From the IMG/VR virus record IMGVR_UViG_3300025162_001855: a DNA stretch of 64,000 bases, one strand, 5' to 3'. Under the pieces are notes generated by a model. The model was not told the origin of the DNA. It searched no databases and saw only the letters and a program-made list of their open reading frames with translations. Made by a program: the position numbers and the translations under genes. The DNA is from a virus (taxonomy: Duplodnaviria > Heunggongvirae > Uroviricota > Caudoviricetes). Within the stretch, counting starts at the first letter, position 1. The number at the start of each line of letters is the position of its first letter. Positions 27,361-36,476 of the stretch are shown here, in pieces.

Positions 27361-27957
27361 TTACTCGTCATCCTTGTTGTCATGATGCGTCCGAATTGGG
27401 CGCTTGGACATGATACGATTAATCTGTGCAAACTCCCACAGGCTCATCGGACCGTATGCTTGCACCTCACCATCTGGGCGACCATCGATGCCGGCATCCA
27501 TCATGCGGCCCCTGGTAACCAGTGGGCTGGCGCAATGGTCACCGTGTACGTGCCCGTACAGATGGAACGCACCATGATGCATATGATTCCACTCCAGCAT
27601 TGGGAAGTGGAACATGATGATCTTCTGCCCACCAACCCGAATCTCCTTGTAGTCCTGTACGCTGACAAACATGTCGCGCAGGTCCTTATTGGAATGGATA
27701 ACTTTATCATGGTTGCCAAAGATCAGATGCTTCTGTCCAGGCAGGCGGTTCATAATGCTACGGGCACGCACTGCATCACAGAAGAACACATCGCCCAGCA
27801 GGTAGACATGATCGTTCTGACCAACCTGACGCTGCCAGTTGGCAATCTGAATCTCGTCGTGCTCGGCAGCATCCTTGCCCATGCGGGTTTCTGGGCAGAA
27901 CTTCAGAATGTTCTTGTGCCCAAAATGATTATCACTCGTAAACCAAACCTTTTCCAT
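27361..27957 (-). CDS. Ser/Thr protein phosphatase-family metallophosphoesterase
   Basis: DNHFGH, GDxx and GNHD-like blocks (FGNHDKVIH) in the translation. Confidence 0.6.
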   Translation of the reverse strand: MEKVWFTSDNHFGHKNILKFCPETRMGKDAAEHDEIQIANWQRQVGQNDHVYLLGDVFFCDAVRARSIMNRLPGQKHLIFGNHDKVIHSNKDLRDMFVSVQDYKEIRVGGQKIIMFHFPMLEWNHMHHGAFHLYGHVHGDHCASPLVTRGRMMDAGIDGRPDGEVQAYGPMSLWEFAQINRIMSKRPIRTHHDNKDDE

Positions 27958-27971
27958 TTTCTTCCTATCCC

Positions 27972-28166
27972 TTATTCTTCATTGGACCACGGTCCATCCC
28001 AACAAAGCGTGTCGCATTGTGCTTGCTCCATTGCCTTGTACAGCGGTGCGTTGGTCTCGTACATCATCTTTACGTTATCGCAACAGACGCCAGAGAACCA
28101 CGGTTCTTTGCCGTAGAGGGCAACTACGCTCTCAACTACAGCAGCTCTATATTCGGCGAATGTCAT
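27972..28166 (-). CDS. small hypothetical protein
   Basis: ORF track only. Confidence 0.3.
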   Translation of the reverse strand: MTFAEYRAAVVESVVALYGKEPWFSGVCCDNVKMMYETNAPLYKAMEQAQCDTLCWDGPWSNEE

Positions 28167-28177
28167 ACTTATCTTCC

Positions 28178-28432
28178 TTACTCGCGCCCGCCGGACTTAA
28201 TTGCCAGCAGCGCAACCCTAACAACTTCGACAAGTTCCCGAGATTCATTTAGTACAGTGAGGAGTGCATCTGTTACTGCAACAACAATCCCACGACCAAA
28301 TTCGAGCAATCCATCACACACGATACCAAGTACCGCTAGCGGGACAGATATCAGCAGCCCCAACGAAACCACCGTGCGGAACCGCCACTTACTCTTCCCT
28401 GACCAAACACCAATATCTGACCATCTGCTCAT
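28178..28432 (-). CDS. small membrane protein
   Basis: ORF track; hydrophobic helices. Confidence 0.3.
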   Translation of the reverse strand: MSRWSDIGVWSGKSKWRFRTVVSLGLLISVPLAVLGIVCDGLLEFGRGIVVAVTDALLTVLNESRELVEVVRVALLAIKSGGRE

Positions 28433-28444
28433 TGCACTGTTTCC

Positions 28445-28714
28445 TTAAAACGGAATCTCATCAAAATCGGGTTCGGGGTCGTACACCTGCTGCCATTCAG
28501 GCTTGTCGGCCTCGGGAGCCAGATCGTACTCGTCTTCAATTCCGTCACCGGGATACGGCTGGGGCGGGCCCTTGTAATGCGGGTTCTGCTCGCAGGTATC
28601 GTAATCCGACCAAAGCCACTGTCGATCGGGATAATCCTGTCCCACGTTCCAAACCCATTCGCGGACTGCTTCTGCAACAGTGGCCACGCGATCCTCTTCG
28701 TGCCAACCGTACAT
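28445..28714 (-). CDS. small acidic protein
   Basis: ORF track; Asp/Glu-rich. Confidence 0.35.
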   Translation of the reverse strand: MYGWHEEDRVATVAEAVREWVWNVGQDYPDRQWLWSDYDTCEQNPHYKGPPQPYPGDGIEDEYDLAPEADKPEWQQVYDPEPDFDEIPF

Positions 28715-29046
28715 TACAGCACCTCCTCAAAGCCACAACCCGCGACGCGGAACGTGCGACCATCAACTTCCATCAGGTCACCCACCATCGACGAGCGCAG
28801 TCCGTAAACCACACCACGATGCACGGGTAGTTCCGCAACCACTTCAAGAAAGTCCCGGTCGTCGGGGTTGCCATCCTTGCGTGACCACGAACCCATAATG
28901 TTCTGGGTTGCAACCCACGCAATCTCAAGCATCGGGTCGACCATGTTGGGCAGCGTCTTGACCGTAACGTTGGCCACATGGGTCTTTTCCATGCCCGAAC
29001 CATCTTCGAGCGGATCCATGTGGAAAACCTTAATAACAGTGTTCAT
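28714..29046 (-). CDS. hypothetical protein; first gene downstream of the conserved promoter cassette (copy 1)
   Basis: ORF track; sigma70-like promoter about 32 nt upstream of the ATG. Confidence 0.4.
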   Translation of the reverse strand: MNTVIKVFHMDPLEDGSGMEKTHVANVTVKTLPNMVDPMLEIAWVATQNIMGSWSRKDGNPDDRDFLEVVAELPVHRGVVYGLRSSMVGDLMEVDGRTFRVAGCGFEEVL

Positions 29047-29077
29047 CGTTGCGTCCTTTTCCTTACCCTATGTTCGT

Positions 29078-29152
29078 ATGATACGGGATTTGGATCCAAT
29101 TTGCAACATCTAAATTCCCAATGATTTCAACAACTTATAAGTCATTGATTTT
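29078..29152 (-). promoter_or_regulatory. conserved promoter cassette, copy 1
   Basis: TTGCAA, 17-nt spacer, TATCAT, preceded by the conserved upstream element AATCAATGACTTATAAGTTGTTGAAATCATTG. Confidence 0.5.
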
Positions 29153-30029
29153 CAAGGAAACTTCGTATCACTGTAATTCGTCCCTGTTCGGACAACTTTG
29201 CAAACTCGCCCTTCCAGGGTTCAATCCAATCTAACAGCGGGTAATATTCCTCGTCAATCGTCTTGCGAAAATCCGGAGTCTGTATACGTTCGAGGAACTT
29301 CTCTTCCTTCATGCGCCCCAGGAACTTGGTCACCAAATAATATGGCGACTTGATCTTGAGTGCAATGTCCTTGCCGTATGCAACAAACCCTTCGTGCTTG
29401 CAAGTCTTGGCCTCCTGCACTACATCGGAGAAGCGACATACCTTCCACTCGGGGCGCAGGTATCCTTGCGCCTTGGCCACAGCGTCTAGAATTTCTTCAC
29501 TGAGCATCTTGCCAGTAGAAATTACTCGGGCTCCGATCAAATACGCTCCTAAGTTTTCCTTGATGATGTGTGGATCCGATTCGTCGCAGATCTCAAACAA
29601 CCAAGTCGTCGGAAATCCAAAGTGATGGGCTGGTACGAAACACTTGAGGTGCTTCTCAACCATTACAGCAAAATCCGAATCCAATGAACCAGTTGTCGAA
29701 TAAATGATATCATCTCGGGTACGGTCCCAAGTAATGGCACCCATGAACCCATTTACCTTCCGTACAGCAATAACCATTTCGTCACGCGGGATATCAACAC
29801 CGCGCTCAAAGCGATTGTATATCTTCTGGAATGGACGCACTACTACGTTCCAATCCGCGTCCACAACCAATCCACGACATTCTTCAAGAAGGTCGTTCCA
29901 CAGTGCATCGTAGAATACCTTGCGGGTATACTTGATGACATACAATCCCGGATACTTTGTTGACTCGCGACGAGTTATCAACTTTGGGTTGGCATCAATA
30001 AATTCGCGTAACTGTGCGATGTCAATCAT
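29142..30029 (-). CDS. T4 RnlA-like RNA ligase 1
   Basis: N-terminal similarity to the recalled T4 Rnl1 sequence (LEECRGLVVD...RPFQKIYN versus ALECRGIMFE...RPMEKFFN); candidate nucleotidylation lysine in RKVNGF; directly upstream of and overlapping the kinase gene. Confidence 0.5.
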   Translation of the reverse strand: MIDIAQLREFIDANPKLITRRESTKYPGLYVIKYTRKVFYDALWNDLLEECRGLVVDADWNVVVRPFQKIYNRFERGVDIPRDEMVIAVRKVNGFMGAITWDRTRDDIIYSTTGSLDSDFAVMVEKHLKCFVPAHHFGFPTTWLFEICDESDPHIIKENLGAYLIGARVISTGKMLSEEILDAVAKAQGYLRPEWKVCRFSDVVQEAKTCKHEGFVAYGKDIALKIKSPYYLVTKFLGRMKEEKFLERIQTPDFRKTIDEEYYPLLDWIEPWKGEFAKLSEQGRITVIRSFLENQ

Positions 30030-30466
30030 GGATGATACTCGAAGTGAATGTTTTCATCTGGTGTGTACTTTGTTGCGATGGTCGAGTTATCCTCGAACCG
30101 ATCCCTCATCTGATCCAGCTTATCCTGTGGCACGTTGTGAACGTTGTCCCACTTGCCGTTGCACTGTATCACTCGAATATTATAGTCGTTACAGAAGGCC
30201 TTGAGAATGTAATTCTGCATCTCCCAGAGCTTAGTGAAGGTGTTGGAGACAACTACATCTTCTCCACGGTTAATGCATTGTGCCACGGTCTCAAAGCACC
30301 ACCGGTGCGCTGCGCCGAGCTGCTTCGGATCAAAGTGGTATTCGTTGCTCTTCATAAAATACATATCGGCTTCGACATGCTCTATTCCGGCAACATGTGC
30401 AATCTTGCGAGCAACCGTGCTCTTGCCCGAGCCCGGCAGTCCACGAATGATAAAAAGTGTCGGCAT
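30026..30466 (-). CDS. P-loop polynucleotide 5'-kinase-like protein (kinase domain only)
   Basis: Walker A GLPGSGKST in a 146-aa ORF adjacent to the RnlA-like gene; no HAD phosphatase domain. Confidence 0.5.
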   Translation of the reverse strand: MPTLFIIRGLPGSGKSTVARKIAHVAGIEHVEADMYFMKSNEYHFDPKQLGAAHRWCFETVAQCINRGEDVVVSNTFTKLWEMQNYILKAFCNDYNIRVIQCNGKWDNVHNVPQDKLDQMRDRFEDNSTIATKYTPDENIHFEYHP

Positions 30467-30468
30467 AA

Positions 30469-30780
30469 TTATTTCCAGTAGAGTGAATATTTTGTTGCTA
30501 GTGCCGGTGTCGACTGATATGAGCCAACCGGACGGGGTCCTAAATAGATCACCTTGATGCCGAAGGGCCGCACAGCCTTTCGCACGCGATCAACTGTATC
30601 CATTGGGAGCCACTTGGCAATCGAGTTCTCATTGTCCGGAGACTTGTGCTTCAATAGAAGATCATAAATCTCGGGATCCGAAACCCAAATGGACCACAGC
30701 TCGCCCATGCGCTGATCAATTGTTTTGTCTTTCCAACCCATATCAATAGTATAGCAAATCACAGAGCAAAAAGCAAGCAC
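30469..30780 (-). CDS. hypothetical protein
   Basis: ORF track only. Confidence 0.35.
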   Translation of the reverse strand: MLAFCSVICYTIDMGWKDKTIDQRMGELWSIWVSDPEIYDLLLKHKSPDNENSIAKWLPMDTVDRVRKAVRPFGIKVIYLGPRPVGSYQSTPALATKYSLYWK

Positions 30781-30804
30781 AATTTACCCAATCAAATCAA
30801 TGGG

Positions 30805-30996
30805 CTACAAACGAATTACATCCTCTTTATTGGCGTAAAAATTTGTATTTTGGAAGCGGAAATGTAGTTGATCTCCCTCGTATCCAACCAGTTGAGCTTT
30901 GTCGAAGCTCAGGTAATCCGGAACGGTAACAGTTGAGTACCGGTTGGCATTTTGGATTGTGATCCTTGTGCCAGGCTGAATGGAATACAATGTCAT
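30805..30996 (-). CDS. small hypothetical protein
   Basis: ORF track only. Confidence 0.3.
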   Translation of the reverse strand: MTLYSIQPGTRITIQNANRYSTVTVPDYLSFDKAQLVGYEGDQLHFRFQNTNFYANKEDVIRL

Positions 30997-31004
30997 ACAG
31001 TCTC

Positions 31005-32015
31005 CTATTCTTCGAGGTATTGAATAAACTCCTTGGCGGCATTCTGCCAGGTGATATCCTTCACTGTACTATATACCTTCTCCCGCGATAAAGACATACA
31101 ATTTATGACAGAAGACAGTAGATTCGAGCCCGTGTACCCATTTACCCCGTTTTTGATTTGATCTATGGGTCCAGTTACGGGATATGCTGCAACTGGGGTT
31201 CCACAAGCCATAGCTTCCAAAATAACAATCCCATATGTATCTGTGCGGCTCGGGAATACAAAGACATCGGCTTGTCTATATTGTTCCGCTAGTAATTCTC
31301 CAAATTTGTAACCCACAAAATGCACGTCGGGATATTTCTTCTTTAGACGCTTTCTATCAGGCCCGTCACCAACCACCACCTTATTAATGTTGGGTAAGTA
31401 TATGCGGCAGAAGTCCTCAATGTTCTTCTCTTTACTCACTCGCCCGACATACAGCAACGTTTTGACTTTATTCTTTTGGTGTGGCTTTAATGGATCCGGC
31501 CGGAAGTGATCATCGTAGCCCTTACCCATAACTCTAGTGTTCCAATTCGGGTGTTCTCGAGCAGTGGAGTTTGACGAAACAATAACTGTTTTGGCACTAC
31601 GATGAAACCAATCAAAATACCAACTGGTATACTTTACTGGGATCTTAGTAATGTGTTCGATAAATTCCGGAAACTTGGTATGATACGCAGTGGTATACTT
31701 GATGTGCATTGCATCTAGCACTCGCTTGGCTTTATAACCAATTGGTCCTTCTGTAGCAATATGGAAGCGGCAAACAGGAGCCTCATCTAAATTGCGTTTG
31801 ATGATTTCCTTGATACGGTTGCGAGTAACAATCGACAGCCCAATTTCTTTATAGAATGGAAGTTTGATGGTCGTAAACATACTTGGTTCAATAATCTCGA
31901 CCTCGTGCCTCTCATGGTCGATATGTTGAATGGTGTTGATGTATGTTGTGACTACACCGTTTACTTGTGGATACCAAGCATCGGTGAATATTACGATTCG
32001 CTTTTTGTTAACCAA
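31005..32015 (-). CDS. GT4-family (group 1) glycosyltransferase
   Basis: GT-B C-terminal block VFVFPSRTDTYGIVILEAMACGTPV (E-x7-E-like) in a 336-aa ORF. Confidence 0.6.
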   Translation of the reverse strand: MVNKKRIVIFTDAWYPQVNGVVTTYINTIQHIDHERHEVEIIEPSMFTTIKLPFYKEIGLSIVTRNRIKEIIKRNLDEAPVCRFHIATEGPIGYKAKRVLDAMHIKYTTAYHTKFPEFIEHITKIPVKYTSWYFDWFHRSAKTVIVSSNSTAREHPNWNTRVMGKGYDDHFRPDPLKPHQKNKVKTLLYVGRVSKEKNIEDFCRIYLPNINKVVVGDGPDRKRLKKKYPDVHFVGYKFGELLAEQYRQADVFVFPSRTDTYGIVILEAMACGTPVAAYPVTGPIDQIKNGVNGYTGSNLLSSVINCMSLSREKVYSTVKDITWQNAAKEFIQYLEE

Positions 32016-32749
32016 TGTACAATCTCCCAGGTTCCATCATGATTCTCAACGAGTGCTGTGCAACTTTCTACCCAGTCACCGTCATTCATATATTCAACAC
32101 TACCAATAGTCTTGATCGTTGCGTGGTGGACATGTCCACAAATGATCCCATCTGCCTTTTTATTCTCGCAATATTCTACGATTAGCTCTTCGAAATCCGA
32201 TAGATAAGCGAGCGCCTCTTTGGTCTTATTTTTGAGATAGGCACTCAAGCTCCAGTGCTTCATTCCAAACCGTTGACGAATCTTGGCCAGGATCGAATTC
32301 AATCGCAATAATAGATCGTAGAAGAAATCGCCCACGCCATACAACCATTTGAGTTTGTTTTTCAGCACAGTGTCAAACAAGTCACCGTGAATTATAAGAT
32401 AGGTTTTTCCGTTTACTCCGCGGTAACGACAATAATCAACCATCTCAATGTTTCCAAAATGGATATCAAATGGGATCAATGTACGAAACAGGTCGTCATG
32501 ATTGCCCGGGAGGTAAACAACTTTGGTATTGCGTTTGGCCGCTGTTAATATTCTTCGCACCACGTTAGTGTGCGATTGTGGCCAATAGAAGCGGCGTTTG
32601 AGGCGCCATCCATCTACTATGTCACCGACCAAAAATAGATTTTCGGCTGTGTTATGTTTGAGGAAATCGCAAAGCTCATCGGCTTTACAGCCGCGTGAAC
32701 CTAAGTGTATGTCCGAAATAAATATTGCACGGTATTTCTTTTGGTCCAC
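31991..32749 (-). CDS. LpxH-like calcineurin-family metallophosphoesterase
   Basis: ISDIHLG, GDIVDGW, GNHDD and HGDLFD blocks matching the LpxH metallophosphoesterase pattern. Confidence 0.55.
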   Translation of the reverse strand: MDQKKYRAIFISDIHLGSRGCKADELCDFLKHNTAENLFLVGDIVDGWRLKRRFYWPQSHTNVVRRILTAAKRNTKVVYLPGNHDDLFRTLIPFDIHFGNIEMVDYCRYRGVNGKTYLIIHGDLFDTVLKNKLKWLYGVGDFFYDLLLRLNSILAKIRQRFGMKHWSLSAYLKNKTKEALAYLSDFEELIVEYCENKKADGIICGHVHHATIKTIGSVEYMNDGDWVESCTALVENHDGTWEIVHWLTKSES

Positions 32750-32774
32750 AGTATATCCTTATTGCGGCAGTTAT

Positions 32775-33008
32775 TTAGTCGGTCCGTGTTTCCGGATCAA
32801 AACTAAGTTCCATTACTCGAACTTTAACACCATGCGGCCATTCGCCATGATGCATTCTGTATTGCAAGGCGCAGCGAACGCATCTCGGGGTTCCATATTC
32901 ATTGAAATATTCATTGCCAACCAACTGCCCTTCAATGCAGGAAGTTCTTGTATGTTGGGGGGCGAGCTCGTCCACCAGTCCCCCGGTGAATAGTTTTTCA
33001 AAAATCAT
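32775..33008 (-). CDS. small hypothetical protein
   Basis: ORF track only. Confidence 0.3.
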   Translation of the reverse strand: MIFEKLFTGGLVDELAPQHTRTSCIEGQLVGNEYFNEYGTPRCVRCALQYRMHHGEWPHGVKVRVMELSFDPETRTD

Positions 33009-33017
33009 GTTTGCTCC

Positions 33018-33230
33018 TTATCGGTTTCGACGGGCCTTGCTTAATGCAGCCTTATAGCGCAATGCCAAAGCCACTAATTCAAGATAATCGTCGGCGTGGA
33101 CAACATTAATGAGCTGTCCGGATACTGTATCGATAGCCATGAATGGTTGGGCCACCTGATACTTTTGCGCACCTGTTTCGGTTCGGAATGCTTGAATTCC
33201 TTTGAGAGTTGGTAATTCATCTGTAGTCAT
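33018..33230 (-). CDS. small hypothetical protein
   Basis: ORF track only. Confidence 0.3.
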   Translation of the reverse strand: MTTDELPTLKGIQAFRTETGAQKYQVAQPFMAIDTVSGQLINVVHADDYLELVALALRYKAALSKARRNR

Positions 33231-33255
33231 ACTCTCATATTTAGCGTATTTTTAC

Positions 33256-33729
33256 TCAGAACCAATCCGGCACGGGCGCGTTCCGCCACCGTGCAATAGA
33301 CGCCTTGTGTACGCGATAATAGTTACGATATGCCTCAACGGTGTCGCCGGGAACCTTGCAATCATCGGGCATACATTGTGGTGGATCTGTCCATTCGGTG
33401 AGTGGTATATTATTCGGTACCTGAATTAATACATCCCACAAACGCTCCGATGCATGAAATTTGCCATACCGTGCAGTGTATTCCTTTAGAAGATACGCAT
33501 AATGGGCATATGCCCACCTATATGCATAAGGTGACGAACGCACCCAAACAGCACAAGGATGATTCTTATGGGTTTCTTTATAAATGCCCAGTGGCGCATT
33601 GGGTCCATCGAGTACATGATGCGCCGTTGAAAGTAACTGTGCAGTTTCAACAATCATCTTGACGACATGCTTATCACACATCATCCTAGCAGCTTGCTCG
33701 GCATCACCACTGAGGTAAAAGATGTTCAC
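33256..33729 (-). CDS. hypothetical protein (157 aa)
   Basis: ORF track; conserved-looking MMCDKHVVKMIVETAQLLSTAHH block, family not recognised. Confidence 0.4.
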   Translation of the reverse strand: MNIFYLSGDAEQAARMMCDKHVVKMIVETAQLLSTAHHVLDGPNAPLGIYKETHKNHPCAVWVRSSPYAYRWAYAHYAYLLKEYTARYGKFHASERLWDVLIQVPNNIPLTEWTDPPQCMPDDCKVPGDTVEAYRNYYRVHKASIARWRNAPVPDWF

Positions 33730-34001
33730 GCCTTGTAAACGTCCCCGTTCTCCTTGGCCTTAATGTCCTCGTATGGAGCAGCAACTCGACGGTAGTATTC
33801 CTGCTTCACGCATTCAAGAACACCCATTGCCTCATTCATTTGTGTATAGCGGCGACCATACAATTGGTCAATCAATCGTGTGATTGCATAATTGAGGTTA
33901 CCGTCTTTCTCTTCGTCGAGTGACACAAAGTCAATTGTTCGTGCGAGGGCATCAATATCGGCATCGAGTTGCTCGCGCTTGTATGGCTTGATGTATGGCA
34001 T
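33726..34001 (-). CDS. hypothetical protein
   Basis: ORF track only. Confidence 0.35.
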   Translation of the reverse strand: MPYIKPYKREQLDADIDALARTIDFVSLDEEKDGNLNYAITRLIDQLYGRRYTQMNEAMGVLECVKQEYYRRVAAPYEDIKAKENGDVYKA

Positions 34002-34217
34002 TTAAATATACTCCACGTTAAATTTAAGTTCATCGGCAATCTCCGAAAGAACTGTTGGTGCCTCGATTAATGGACCATCACATTGCATAATAGTCTCACC
34101 ATCGAACGCTTCGTGTTCTAGAAAGAACTCCATAACCTTTGCAACAATCATTTTTTTGGCAGCGGCATCTAGGTTGACACTCACCTTCGAGCCATTTTTC
34201 AAGGTGTATTCATTCAT
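34002..34217 (-). CDS. small hypothetical protein
   Basis: ORF track only. Confidence 0.3.
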   Translation of the reverse strand: MNEYTLKNGSKVSVNLDAAAKKMIVAKVMEFFLEHEAFDGETIMQCDGPLIEAPTVLSEIADELKFNVEYI

Positions 34218-34218
34218 T

Positions 34219-34914
34219 TTATTCTCCTAATACCTTTGAAATAAAATCATATCGATCGGCGTGCTTTTCGCGTGTTGTGGCAACAACATCGACACATGGC
34301 AAGCAATATGGCCGTGACACCTTTGATACGTAATGGTGCTTCGACTTTAAAAAGACATCACCACACAACGAGCACAAATAATAATTGCCCGAGCTGTGGT
34401 TACCATATCGGTCATCCTTTAGAATACCATGTGGCAATTCCTTAAGGTATGCATACAGTTCCTGAAATCCAGCATCGGTACCATTCTGATAAAAGATGCG
34501 AGTCGATAATGCCTTGAGCCAGGATGGAACATGCTGGAACTCGGACACAATAAACAACGGCTTCTCGTTGTCGTAGGTACACTGGCATTCGGCAAACGAG
34601 CCAGCACCATCCTTAAAGGATTGGTCGTAATATGCAATCACTGCATCGGCATCGTCGATGATAAGTCGCATGTCGGTATAGATGAACTGGTGCCTAATAT
34701 TGGATTTGTTCTGAAGTGGGTTGGCTGTTGGGTCAGTTGTCATTACCGGACCATGCACCTCGGTGTACAGCACATCGAGCGCCGTAATGTCAATGGGCCT
34801 GTAATCCATATCTAAAAGGCGATTGGAACAAACTGTGCGCCATGCAGCGCCCAGGTTCACAGCCTTCTCCATTCCACCACTCAGGTATATCTTTCCTCGA
34901 TGTTCTCTTGTCAT
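34219..34914 (-). CDS. hypothetical protein with a C-terminal Cys-rich zinc-ribbon
   Basis: ORF track; CSLCGD...CLPC cysteine cluster at the C-terminus. Confidence 0.4.
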   Translation of the reverse strand: MTREHRGKIYLSGGMEKAVNLGAAWRTVCSNRLLDMDYRPIDITALDVLYTEVHGPVMTTDPTANPLQNKSNIRHQFIYTDMRLIIDDADAVIAYYDQSFKDGAGSFAECQCTYDNEKPLFIVSEFQHVPSWLKALSTRIFYQNGTDAGFQELYAYLKELPHGILKDDRYGNHSSGNYYLCSLCGDVFLKSKHHYVSKVSRPYCLPCVDVVATTREKHADRYDFISKVLGE

Positions 34915-35354
34915 TTCAACCTCGCCTTGATCTCAGTATAGAACTGATGATATTTCGCCATACGGGTAATGTCCTTTTCGGAAATTCCCTTTAACCGTCG
35001 GATGTCGGTATTGTGTCTTAGATCTGAAAGTTTAACGCGCATGGCATCTTCATTGGCAAAAATGCGCTCTTTGTACTCGTCAAGTGTTTCGCCGGGCACT
35101 TTGGTAAGCGCCCTAATGCCGTTGATGACTCGTTCGGTTGCACCAATTACCCGAAGGTCGGCATATGTGGTTTTGGTATCTTCAATCACGTCGTGTCCGA
35201 GTGCAATAGCTTGCAGCTCTTCATCGTCGGATTTGAGATAGTGCATTACCTTGAGGGGATGCAAAATGTATGGGGCACCACCGCGATCAAATTGACCACT
35301 GTGTGCGTTGGTCACAAGTACCAACATCTTCCCAAGCAACTCACCGCGTTTCAC
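34911..35354 (-). CDS. small alarmone hydrolase; HD domain of the RelA/SpoT (p)ppGpp-hydrolase type
   Basis: AHSGQFDRGGAPYILHP and HDVIEDT blocks match the SpoT/Mesh1 hydrolase signature in a 147-aa standalone protein. Confidence 0.55.
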   Translation of the reverse strand: MKRGELLGKMLVLVTNAHSGQFDRGGAPYILHPLKVMHYLKSDDEELQAIALGHDVIEDTKTTYADLRVIGATERVINGIRALTKVPGETLDEYKERIFANEDAMRVKLSDLRHNTDIRRLKGISEKDITRMAKYHQFYTEIKARLK

Positions 35355-35563
35355 TCATCGTCTCCACGAAAGAGATCATTCTTATTGAACTTCTTTCGAT
35401 TGTACGAACGATCCGATTCCACCAAACGTGGACGGAATTCTGGATCCTGCCGTAGTCGCTTCGCAACCGGGTTGCGACCAACTGAACGCATAAGCCAATT
35501 CGGATTGTCCACTCGCTTCGTCATCATCTTACTCTCCAATTTCCTGAAAGGGTTTCTTACCAT
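35351..35563 (-). CDS. small hypothetical protein
   Basis: ORF track only. Confidence 0.3.
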   Translation of the reverse strand: MVRNPFRKLESKMMTKRVDNPNWLMRSVGRNPVAKRLRQDPEFRPRLVESDRSYNRKKFNKNDLFRGDDE

Positions 35564-35762
35564 CTAACATGCCCAATTGGGCCAACCAATAAATCTTCTC
35601 GGCCTTTTCCTTTACATCAAAAAGAGATTGGCCCATGTCCTCGATTCGCCATGCGCCCCGGCTCGTCTTGTACTCTAGCAACCACCTGGTGGAAGCATAC
35701 AGTGACGGCATCGGTCGAATACGGAGACGATCTCCAACTCGTGTAATCTTCGGCTCGGGCAT
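35529..35762 (-). CDS. small hypothetical protein
   Basis: ORF track only. Confidence 0.3.
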   Translation of the reverse strand: MPEPKITRVGDRLRIRPMPSLYASTRWLLEYKTSRGAWRIEDMGQSLFDVKEKAEKIYWLAQLGMLDGKKPFQEIGE

Positions 35763-35993
35763 TTACTCGTCCACTCCAGCAGCATATTCATACTGCGCCC
35801 TGTACACCTTGTTGTCAAAGTCTTCGGCGTGCGTCCGCCCAAACGTTTGGTGAACTACACCATCTTCGTCAACAAGCATATCAAGGTACCCATGCCGTTC
35901 CCAATGGCAATTACCCGTAAATGGATACTGCCCGTTAATTCGTTGCTTCAATCTGTCCATATCGTACCTCCTATATACATAGTGTAGCATCAA
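35763..35993 (-). CDS. small hypothetical protein
   Basis: ORF track only. Confidence 0.3.
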   Translation of the reverse strand: MMLHYVYRRYDMDRLKQRINGQYPFTGNCHWERHGYLDMLVDEDGVVHQTFGRTHAEDFDNKVYRAQYEYAAGVDE

Positions 35994-36125
35994 AACAGAA
36001 AAAATGCAACTGCTAAGTCCGTTTATGAATCAACATGTTGCGTACTTTTATCCTCTAGTCAATTATATAGCAGTTGACCCCGTATCACAACCGTTTTTCA
36101 TAAATAATTGGACAGGAGATCCCAC

Positions 36126-36476
36126 ATGAGCCTTTTATCTATTCTTAACTATTTTTGGATTGGGGTGGGTATCTTTACACTGCTATCAATTATTGCCGGG
36201 GTGTTCTCCAGTGACCGCACCTGGATGAAATTGTTTGCAGTTGGTTTCGATGTGTTCATCAACATCATTACCGGTGGCACCTTTGATATTACCATTTCGG
36301 CTCGTGCTGGTATGGCAGAGATTGATGGTAAGAAGTGGGGCAAATACATGTCGTACTGGTTGGGCAAATGCGAAAAGAATCATTGCCAACTTGCCATACA
36401 GGCCGACATAGACAGGGCTAAGTTGGTTATTGCCCAACTTAGCCCATACGATGCTAGAAACAAACCTGTTGCTTAA
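36126..36476 (+). CDS. small membrane protein, plus strand
   Basis: AGGAG 7 nt before the ATG at 36126; two transmembrane helices; convergent with the NAMPT gene. Confidence 0.35.
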   Translation: MSLLSILNYFWIGVGIFTLLSIIAGVFSSDRTWMKLFAVGFDVFINIITGGTFDITISARAGMAEIDGKKWGKYMSYWLGKCEKNHCQLAIQADIDRAKLVIAQLSPYDARNKPVA

